24,000 nucleotides of DNA, from sequence record MT188704.1. One strand, given 5' to 3'. Below, piece after piece: positions 15,142 to 20,906 of this stretch. Within the stretch, counting starts at the first letter, position 1, and each line of letters begins with the position of its first letter. This DNA is from Mesorhizobium phage Cp1R7A-A1. The translations under genes were made by a program, and so were the position numbers. The notes beneath the pieces were generated by a model. It had not been told where the DNA came from, made no database searches, and saw nothing but the letters and a program-made list of their open reading frames with translations.

Positions 15142-15216
15142 GCCGACATGGTCCAGAGGTACGGACATTCCCTTGGTATGGGAAGGACCTTGGTTCGATC
15201 CCAAGTGTTGGCACCA
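15142..15216 (+). tRNA. tRNA-Thr(GGT)
   Basis: AC arm TTCCC-TTGGTAT-GGGAA; T arm CTTGG-TTCGATC-CCAAG; ACCA. Confidence 0.88.
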
Positions 15217-15219
15217 ATT

Positions 15220-15307
15220 GGACCTGTGGCCGAGTTGGTCGATGGCGTCGGACTCTTAATCCGCCTGCGCAAGCACACCGTGAGTTCGAATCTCACCGGG
15301 TCCTCCA
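15220..15307 (+). tRNA. tRNA-Lys(CTT) with long class II-type variable arm
   Basis: acceptor GGACCTG/CGGGTCC; AC loop CTCTTAA; variable hairpin TGC-GCAA-GCA; T arm GTGAG-TTCGAAT-CTCAC. Confidence 0.8.
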
Positions 15308-15312
15308 AATTT

Positions 15313-15386
15313 GCTCTTGTAAGATAGTGGCAGTCGCCGCCCGTCGTAAGGCCGGAGCCGGGGTTTGATTCCTCGCGAGAGCACCA
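15313..15386 (+). tRNA. tRNA-Thr(CGT) (copy 1, divergent)
   Basis: acceptor GCTCTTG/CGAGAGC; AC loop GTCGTAA; T arm CGGGG-TTTGATT-CCTCG; ACCA. Confidence 0.6.
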
Positions 15387-15395
15387 CACCAGAAC

Positions 15396-15424
15396 TTGAC
15401 GGCGCGCGGCCGACCGACTATCAG
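15396..15424 (+). promoter_or_regulatory. promoter-like TTGACG-N17-TATCAG within tRNA array
   Basis: sequence match by eye. Confidence 0.35.
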
Positions 15425-15438
15425 GCCGGGATCGCAGT

Positions 15439-15513
15439 GCCCCAATAGCTCAGCGGTAGAGCAGCGCTTTCGTAAAGCGAAGGTCGGGAGTTCGATTCTC
15501 TCTTGGGGCACCA
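15439..15513 (+). tRNA. tRNA-Thr(CGT) (copy 2)
   Basis: acceptor GCCCCAA/TTGGGGC; D stem GCTC/GAGC; AC arm GCGCT-TTCGTAA-AGCGA; ACCA. Confidence 0.88.
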
Positions 15514-15540
15514 GCGCTTTCCCAGACCAAATCAAGCATT

Positions 15541-15628
15541 GAACCGGTGGCCAGAGTGGTCGAAGGCGGCGGGCTTTTAACCCGATCCCGTAAGGGCGTC
15601 GTGAGTTCGAATCTCACCCGGTTCTCCA
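15541..15628 (+). tRNA. tRNA-Lys(TTT) with long class II-type variable arm
   Basis: acceptor GAACCGG/CCGGTTC; AC loop CTTTTAA; variable hairpin CCC-GTAA-GGG; T arm GTGAG-TTCGAAT-CTCAC. Confidence 0.82.
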
Positions 15629-15637
15629 GACGAATTT

Positions 15638-15725
15638 TTGCGAGTGGCAGAGTGGTAATGCACCCGGCTGTTAACCGGTATTCCATCGAAAGATGGCGAA
15701 GGTTCGATCCCTTCCTCGCGAGCCA
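15638..15725 (+). tRNA. tRNA-Asn(GTT) with long class II-type variable arm
   Basis: acceptor TTGCGAG/CTCGCGA; AC loop CTGTTAA; variable hairpin CCATC-GAAA-GATGG; T arm GAAGG-TTCGATC-CCTTC. Confidence 0.82.
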
Positions 15726-15730
15726 AACAT

Positions 15731-15808
15731 GCCAGCGTAGCTCAGATGGTGAGAGCGCTGCTCTGAAAAAGCAGAGGCCGGAAGCTCGACAACTTCCCGC
15801 TGGCACCA
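15731..15808 (+). tRNA. tRNA-Phe(GAA), atypical T-loop
   Basis: acceptor GCCAGCG/CGCTGGC; AC arm CTGCT-CTGAAAA-AGCAG; T stem GGAAG/CTTCC with CTCGACAA. Confidence 0.8.
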
Positions 15809-15816
15809 ATCAATAT

Positions 15817-15890
15817 TCGGTGGTCGCTAATTGGCAAGCACGCTGACTCTGAATCAGCCGATGTAGGTTCGAGACCTACCCGCCGAACCA
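15817..15890 (+). tRNA. tRNA-Gln(CTG)
   Basis: AC arm GCTGA-CTCTGAA-TCAGC; T arm GTAGG-TTCGAGA-CCTAC; ACCA. Confidence 0.88.
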
Positions 15891-15903
15891 AATTAATCTG
15901 CAA

Positions 15904-15933
15904 GAATTGCTTGACATAACCGTCAAGCAGTTC
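15904..15933. promoter_or_regulatory. 12-bp inverted repeat GAATTGCTTGAC-ataacc-GTCAAGCAGTTC with embedded TTGACA
   Basis: near-perfect dyad; TTGACA-N17-TACGCA. Confidence 0.65.
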
Positions 15934-15975
15934 TACGCAGAACTCCGTCAACCACAACCAGACGGAGTTTCCCAA

Positions 15976-16359
15976 ATGGACCGCAATACCTTCCTCAAGC
16001 TCGCCGAAGTTAGCGAAGCGCAGGACGAGGAACTGGCGCTGATCGAGGCCAACAAGCTTCTCGGAACCGACCTGACAGACGTGGGCAACGCCGCTCGCGC
16101 CGTCAACGGCATTCTCGGCAAGGGAGATGTCGGCGGGCGCATCGGCAACGGCACCGACGATCTGTCGACCGCCACGTTTGGAGATTTCACGGCCGAGGCC
16201 AAGACCTATCCGATCGCCGTCGTCCGGCTGATCGTCGCCGCCGTTAAGGCGCAGTCGCTCGACAAGTTCTTCGCCGACAACAAGAAGAAGGAAAAGAAGT
16301 CGACCGAAACCGGCCTCGGCGCTGCCCCTTCGCGCTCCCTCGGAGCCTCGCGCTACTGA
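15976..16359 (+). CDS. hypothetical protein, 127 aa (MDRNTFLKLAEVSEAQDEELALIEANKLLG...)
   Basis: internal Met after GGAG; upstream promoter-like dyad. Confidence 0.7.
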   Translation: MDRNTFLKLAEVSEAQDEELALIEANKLLGTDLTDVGNAARAVNGILGKGDVGGRIGNGTDDLSTATFGDFTAEAKTYPIAVVRLIVAAVKAQSLDKFFADNKKKEKKSTETGLGAAPSRSLGASRY

Positions 16360-16832
16360 TGACCGTACTCGTCTATCGTGACGGCGTGCTTGCGTCGGAT
16401 TCACAGTTGATCCGACGCAACTGGCACGTCCTCGGCACGGCCGAGAAGATCGCCCGCGTCGAGGTCGATGGTGAAGCCTATCTCGTCGGCGGGACCGGCG
16501 AAGCGCCTTATGTGGCCAAGTTCATCCGCTGGTGCCGATCGGCGGACTTCCCAAAGTTCCTCAAGAACGAAGAATACTCCAGCCCTCATATCGAGCCGAC
16601 TGGAAAGGACGACAACTGCACAGGCTTTGTGATCAAGCCTGATGGCGCTTGCGTCCGTTTCGAAGGCGACGATCCGCCCTATGAGGTCAGGAACGAATGG
16701 TACGTCTTCGGCTCCGGCGACACTGTCGCGGTCGGCGCACTGGAGATGAAAGCCACGGCGGAAGAGGCTTGCGCCGCCGCCATCAAGCACGACCTTCTGT
16801 CGGAAGGACCCATGCAGGTCATCCGGCGATAA
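16359..16832 (+). CDS. proteasome beta/HslV-like Ntn-hydrolase family protein
   Basis: N-terminal MTVLVYRDGVLASDSQ, later VFGSGDTVAVGALEMKATAEEACAAAIKHD pattern typical of phage proteasome-like proteins. Confidence 0.65.
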   Translation: MTVLVYRDGVLASDSQLIRRNWHVLGTAEKIARVEVDGEAYLVGGTGEAPYVAKFIRWCRSADFPKFLKNEEYSSPHIEPTGKDDNCTGFVIKPDGACVRFEGDDPPYEVRNEWYVFGSGDTVAVGALEMKATAEEACAAAIKHDLLSEGPMQVIRR

Positions 16833-16908
16833 CCCGGTAGAGCACGGCAGGGTGTGCAGGCCCCTCATAAGGGCAAGGTCGGAGGATCATAACCTCCTAC
16901 CGGGACCA
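16833..16908 (+). tRNA. tRNA, anticodon CAT (Met/fMet/Ile2)
   Basis: acceptor CCCGGTA/TACCGGG; AC loop CTCATAA; T stem GGAGG/CCTCC with ATCATAA loop; starts directly after the upstream stop codon. Confidence 0.8.
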
Positions 16909-16913
16909 ACAAG

Positions 16914-17054
16914 CATGCGGGCCTATCCTGAAATGGACGGCATGGCGGCGTAGTAGAGAGCGCGTGGAGGGTGCGGCCTTCGGTGAAGCCGACAAGACAC
17001 CCTAGCGCGAAGATAAGACGCGAAGCTGCCGAGGCATCTCATACCTCCCGCATG
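16914..17054 (+). ncRNA. candidate structured RNA closed by 8-bp helix CATGCGGG/CCCGCATG
   Basis: perfect terminal pairing, internal GGGTG/CACCC with GGCCTTCGGTGAAGCC hairpin, no ORF. Confidence 0.42.
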
Positions 17055-17060
17055 GAATTT

Positions 17061-17152
17061 GGAGAGTGATCCGGACAGGCGCGCCGGGCACGCTTGGAAA
17101 GCGCTGCGGACCTCGCAAGAGGTTTGGGGCTCATGTCCTCCGCTCTCCGCCA
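17061..17152 (+). tRNA. tRNA-Ser(GGA)
   Basis: acceptor GGAGAGT/GCTCTCC; AC loop TTGGAAA; variable hairpin ACCTC-GCAA-GAGGT; GCCA. Confidence 0.8.
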
Positions 17153-17236
17153 GAAAGGCTCCCCTGACGGCCTCCAACCCGCTCTGCGGCGGTGACACGG
17201 ACAAGGACCGTGTCTGACAAAGGTCAGGACAATTCT

Positions 17237-17325
17237 GGAAGGTGAACCGGCTCGGGCCGGGCGCGATTGCTAATCAAAGCGGACCTCTCAGGAGGTCTGG
17301 GGATCAGGGCCTCCACCTTCCGCCA
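17237..17325 (+). tRNA. tRNA-Ser(GCT)
   Basis: acceptor GGAAGGT/ACCTTCC; AC loop TTGCTAA; variable hairpin ACCTC-TCA-GGAGGT; GCCA. Confidence 0.75.
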
Positions 17326-17329
17326 TCTC

Positions 17330-17372
17330 ATACGCGAGAGCGTATATCCATTCATTATGCGCGAAAGCGTAT
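17330..17372 (+). repeat. two tandem GNRA-capped hairpins (ATACGC-GAGA-GCGTAT and ATGCGC-GAAA-GCGTAT)
   Basis: read directly; both followed by ATCC. Confidence 0.75.
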
Positions 17373-17374
17373 AT

Positions 17375-17460
17375 CCGTGGGCTGGGCACTGGCTGGAGCC
17401 CCGCCGCCTGTAAAGCGGCCGTCTTAGACTGTGGCAGTTCAATTCTGTCCCCACGGACCA
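17375..17460 (+). tRNA. tRNA-Tyr(GTA)
   Basis: acceptor CCGTGGG/CCCACGG; AC arm GCCGC-CTGTAAA-GCGGC; variable arm GTC-TTA-GAC; T arm GGCAG-TTCAATT-CTGTC. Confidence 0.88.
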
Positions 17461-17464
17461 GTTT

Positions 17465-17571
17465 CGATGGAAGGTGACCGTACTCCGCCCTGTAGCTAAG
17501 GGAATGGCGGTGAGCTTGGCCGGGCGCTGTCGACGCGCTGGTCGCAGGTGAAACTCCTGCTCCATCGGCCA
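17465..17571 (+). ncRNA. 107-nt tRNA-like RNA with CCA, anticodon unassigned
   Basis: acceptor CGATGGA/TCCATCG + GCCA; T-like stem GCAGG/CCTGC with TGAAACT loop; extra CCGCC/GGCGG arm; arm GGCGC-TGTCGAC-GCGCT. Confidence 0.5.
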
Positions 17572-17577
17572 GATCAT

Positions 17578-17669
17578 GGAGAGTTAACCGGACAGGCGAG
17601 CCGGGACCGACTCGAAATCGGCGCGGACCTCGGAAGAGGTCTGGGGATCAAGACCTCAACTCTCCGCCA
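17578..17669 (+). tRNA. tRNA-Ser(CGA)
   Basis: acceptor GGAGAGT/ACTCTCC; AC arm with CTCGAAA loop; long variable arm ACCTC-GGAA-GAGGT; GCCA. Confidence 0.85.
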
Positions 17670-17761
17670 ATCCGTCATCATGCTCACGATTCCTGCTGTC
17701 CGAAGTTTGTATACATATTTCGGACACTCTAAACTCTGAACTCAACTTTGAAAGTCTTCTA

Positions 17762-17786
17762 GGCCCGGCGAAAGTCGGGCTTTTTT
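17762..17786 (+). terminator. rho-independent terminator
   Basis: GCCCG-GCGAAAGT-CGGGC-TTTTTT. Confidence 0.85.
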
Positions 17787-17870
17787 CGTTTCTAAGTAAA
17801 TATAAAAGCAACGTCTGCACTCAACCCAGTATAGTATCGCCAGTATACTCATCAATAACAAAGTTGTTGC

Positions 17871-17898
17871 ATTTCTGTACCGGTGTGCTATAATATAT
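17871..17898 (+). promoter_or_regulatory. promoter TTGCAT-N16-TATAAT (approximate coordinates)
   Basis: consensus -10 in an AT-rich intergenic stretch before 17951 CDS. Confidence 0.6.
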
Positions 17899-17950
17899 GT
17901 ACGGTCGCAAATGGCCGAGTTCTTTGAAAACCAAATAGGAGTGTCAACAC

Positions 17951-18310
17951 ATGAGCGAGCGCATCAAGCTCGACCACTTTGTCGTGGTCGGAGCCAACGC
18001 ATGGGGCAAGGCGGAGTCCGTCGAGAAGGCCTTCTGGAACTGGTGGAAGGAAGCGCGTCCGGGCAGTGGTGGTTTCTACAGCCCGGCCGAGTGCACCATT
18101 CACATTCGGCAGGTCGACGCCGAGGCCCATGTCGATGGCATGGGATCGCTGAACGCCCGCAAGATCGTCAACCTTGGCGACGTGAAGCTGACGAAGGAGG
18201 TCATTGCGGCTTACCGGAAGGCAGAAGACATGATCGACGGCCTGCTTGATCCTGCGAGGGACAAGACGGACATGGACGCGGAGCTTGAGGGTGTGGAGAT
18301 CGGAGGATGA
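17951..18310 (+). CDS. hypothetical protein, 119 aa
   Basis: ORF with upstream AGGAG and promoter. Confidence 0.75.
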   Translation: MSERIKLDHFVVVGANAWGKAESVEKAFWNWWKEARPGSGGFYSPAECTIHIRQVDAEAHVDGMGSLNARKIVNLGDVKLTKEVIAAYRKAEDMIDGLLDPARDKTDMDAELEGVEIGG

Positions 18311-18546
18311 TGAAGGTTGCCGGAAAGGAGCCCACACGGGCGATTATCCGGAAGTTCATGGAGGTCCGGCGCAAGTCGGGCCTCTCATCGAACCTCCAGT
18401 TCAGCTTCGACGCCGAAGAGGCAGGATTCAACGCTGCCGATCTCCCGGCCGTGACGAAGATCGCCGAGGGCGTTTATGAGTGGGAGATGTCCCACGGAGT
18501 CCTCCGAGAGGACTTCGGAGCCTACTCATATCGGAGTAGGGATTGA
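18307..18546 (+). CDS. hypothetical protein, 79 aa
   Basis: coupled ORF. Confidence 0.65.
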   Translation: MMKVAGKEPTRAIIRKFMEVRRKSGLSSNLQFSFDAEEAGFNAADLPAVTKIAEGVYEWEMSHGVLREDFGAYSYRSRD

Positions 18547-18555
18547 GACTTAGAA

Positions 18556-18583
18556 AAAGGCCCGACGTTATCGTCGGGCCTTT
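18556..18583. terminator. possibly bidirectional terminator
   Basis: AAAGGCCCGACG-TTAT-CGTCGGGCCTTT, perfect 12-bp stem. Confidence 0.85.
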
Positions 18584-18816
18584 CACTTTTCCGTGTTAGA
18601 ATGTCGCAGGAGCGCGGCGAAACCACGATCGCTTCACCGTCGTTATCCACCTTTAGAAAAACTTGACGTGCATCAAACCAAAAAAGCCTAATTCGCTGTA
18701 TGTGAACGCACTTTGTCGTATTCCGTTTTCCATCGGAATTGATAGAACAAACTTTATTGCGCGGGGAGCGTGCATAAGAGCAAACTGATGCACCTAGTGG
18801 GTTAACGGAGAGAAGG

Positions 18817-19290
18817 ATGGGAATCCCAGATATGATCGCTCAGATTGACGCTGAAATCGCCGCACTGGAGATGCGGATAGCCAAATTGAGAGATGCACGT
18901 GACACAATAGAAAGTCTCGAAGGTCCGGTTAGTCAGGGAGGGTATCACCCGTTCCCTAGTACGTTCGAAGAGACTAAGATTAGCCCCGGCCCGAGGCACA
19001 ATGAAATCCAGACTAAAGTCGAATCCCGTCCCCCTCCCCAATCATCGAGACGATCCAGCGCAGGGCGCGCTTTCGTCGCCGGGCTGATAGACAAGCCCGC
19101 CTCCGCAAAAGACCAGATACTGACGCTCATAAGAGAGACCGAAACGCCGCTCACCAGTGGCGAGATTAGGGATCAGATCGGCAGCGGAGTTAGAAAGCAG
19201 ACCGTCTGGGCAGCGCTTTCGGACATGACCAAGAACGGCGTCTTAAAGCGTTCAGACGACGGAAAATATACGCTGGCTTCTAACGACTAG
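18817..19290 (+). CDS. putative winged-helix/HTH domain protein with N-terminal coiled coil
   Basis: N-terminal heptad-like helix, C-terminal TPLTSGEIRDQIGSGVRKQTVWAALSDMTKNGVLKRSDDGKYTLA resembles wHTH. Confidence 0.6.
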   Translation: MGIPDMIAQIDAEIAALEMRIAKLRDARDTIESLEGPVSQGGYHPFPSTFEETKISPGPRHNEIQTKVESRPPPQSSRRSSAGRAFVAGLIDKPASAKDQILTLIRETETPLTSGEIRDQIGSGVRKQTVWAALSDMTKNGVLKRSDDGKYTLASND

Positions 19291-19504
19291 CATACCAGAT
19301 TTCGAGATCGTCCGCCCCACCGATCAGTTCATCTCCGAGAAAGACCTGCGGCACAGTTTTGTACTTAGCCTTGAAGGTCGAACGAACAAGCTCCGGCAAC
19401 GCCGAGATATTCGTTTCCTCGTAAGTCGACCCTTTCGACATGATCAGGTCTTTGGCGCGCACACAGTGCGGGCAGTTGTCCTGCGTGACGATCTTGAAAT
19501 TCAT
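19280..19504 (-). CDS. glutaredoxin
   Basis: CPHC active site, TVPQVFLGDELIGGADDLE typical cis-Pro and GSH-binding regions. Confidence 0.9.
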   Translation of the reverse strand: MNFKIVTQDNCPHCVRAKDLIMSKGSTYEETNISALPELVRSTFKAKYKTVPQVFLGDELIGGADDLEIWYASR

Positions 19505-19514
19505 CTGGAGCCTT

Positions 19515-19826
19515 TTAGAGGTCGTAGTTGATGTTCTGGATGCGGCGCTTGGGAGCAGGCGCTGCTGCCGCAGTGCTCACGAGTGCGAGCACGCGCACCT
19601 GCGAGACGCGGGCTTCCAACGCGGCCCCCTCCGTGAGGACAAGAAGGCGCTGCTGGGAAACACTGGCATCGACGTTCGCGCTCGCGAGAGCGAGGACGCG
19701 CTGCTGGGCGACACTGGGGGTGGTCACCATCGGAGCGAGCACGAGAAGTGCTGCCTCCGAGACGCGGATGTTTGCGTCCGCCGCGCCGAGGGTCAGAAGT
19801 GCGGATTCAGAGACACGTACCGTCAT
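19515..19826 (-). CDS. hypothetical, probable virion-associated protein with internal repeats
   Basis: repetitive (V/R)VSxxALLxLxxA units; located in structural module. Confidence 0.5.
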   Translation of the reverse strand: MTVRVSESALLTLGAADANIRVSEAALLVLAPMVTTPSVAQQRVLALASANVDASVSQQRLLVLTEGAALEARVSQVRVLALVSTAAAAPAPKRRIQNINYDL

Positions 19827-20881
19827 GCTGCCCGACGCAATTCGATCTGAGCAGCGTTGACCTCAGTCACGGTCCAAGGCGCACTGGTGCTCGGGTTCAA
19901 CTCATCAATCTTGGTGGCCCAGAGGTACTGGGAATTGGTCTGTGCCTTGGAAGCCAAGCTGGGCACTCCAGCATGCACAGGGCCAAACTCCAAGGTGCCT
20001 GCACCAGAGTCCGTCTTTTCGGCGCGCACGGCCGTCATGACGCCAGCGACGGCCAGCGAAGCCGGAACCACGTTCGCCGTTTCAAAGATGGAAACGTCGC
20101 CCACGGTCGACGACTCCAGATAGCGGGTAGCGTCGACAGCGGGAACATCGTTGATCAGGTCGAACCCGCTGGTTCCCGTCGACAGAGTCCAATCAGCATC
20201 GACCGTGTCGGCGCTCGGGAGCGACGTATAGACCTTCTTTTCGCCGATCCAGTTGTTGTTGACCGATCCCGTGCCGTCCCAGAGAAACAGATTGTCCATG
20301 TTGAAAACGCAAGCCGAGCCGCCCGAGATACGCTGATCGAACGCAATCTGACCGATCGATTTGGCGTTGGTCGTGATGCCGGTCACCGCGAGGAACGTGG
20401 AACCGCCGATGCGAACCTCGATAGACCCTCCAGACGATCCGGCGATGACCAGCTTGATTTCAACGTGGTAGAAAGTGCCGGGGACGAGAACTCCGGCCGA
20501 CGTACCGATCGTGGTGCCAGACGGATCGTTGATGGTCAGCTTGCCGGTGTTCTGGTTCAAGATGACGCGATAGGGCCACGAGGAGTCCGACGCTACGAAG
20601 GCGACGAGGTCGTGGGTGTTGAACGTGCCTGCTGGGAAGACGAGATGGAAGCCTACCCCGAGCGAGCCGGACGCATAGGGAGCGGGATAGACCTTGGAAA
20701 GGGCGAACCCTTCACCGCCAGTAGCGGAAAGCTGCACTCCCTGTCCACCGGTCTGCGGGCTGGATACGAGCACCGTATCTGAATTGTCGAGAAGTACGTC
20801 ATAGGCACCCTTGGCCGAAGCCGCGAGCCTACTACCGTTCGCCCCATAGTGGTCAAAGCCGTCAATCCAAAGCAAAGCCAT
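19823..20881 (-). CDS. putative virion/tail surface protein, jelly-roll (concanavalin/LamG-like)
   Basis: MALLWIDGFDHYG... beta-rich; C-terminal PSTSAPWTVTEVNAAQIELRRA; paralogous to 20907..21923. Confidence 0.65.
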   Translation of the reverse strand: MALLWIDGFDHYGANGSRLAASAKGAYDVLLDNSDTVLVSSPQTGGQGVQLSATGGEGFALSKVYPAPYASGSLGVGFHLVFPAGTFNTHDLVAFVASDSSWPYRVILNQNTGKLTINDPSGTTIGTSAGVLVPGTFYHVEIKLVIAGSSGGSIEVRIGGSTFLAVTGITTNAKSIGQIAFDQRISGGSACVFNMDNLFLWDGTGSVNNNWIGEKKVYTSLPSADTVDADWTLSTGTSGFDLINDVPAVDATRYLESSTVGDVSIFETANVVPASLAVAGVMTAVRAEKTDSGAGTLEFGPVHAGVPSLASKAQTNSQYLWATKIDELNPSTSAPWTVTEVNAAQIELRRAA

Positions 20882-20906
20882 CGAAGTTCTCTCTCAGTGA
20901 TGTCGA

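Noticed and set aside
11035-15846. Numerous 60-113-aa ORFs over the tRNA/ncRNA region (e.g. 12736..13059, 14623..14961, 14983..15327, 12400..12840)
   Set aside because: Translations of tRNA sequence (for example repeated SSNLTG/RVRIS/GSNPSD-type strings); no RBS or coding character.
19748-20782. 344-aa plus-strand ORF
   Set aside because: Shadow of the 19823..20881 structural gene.
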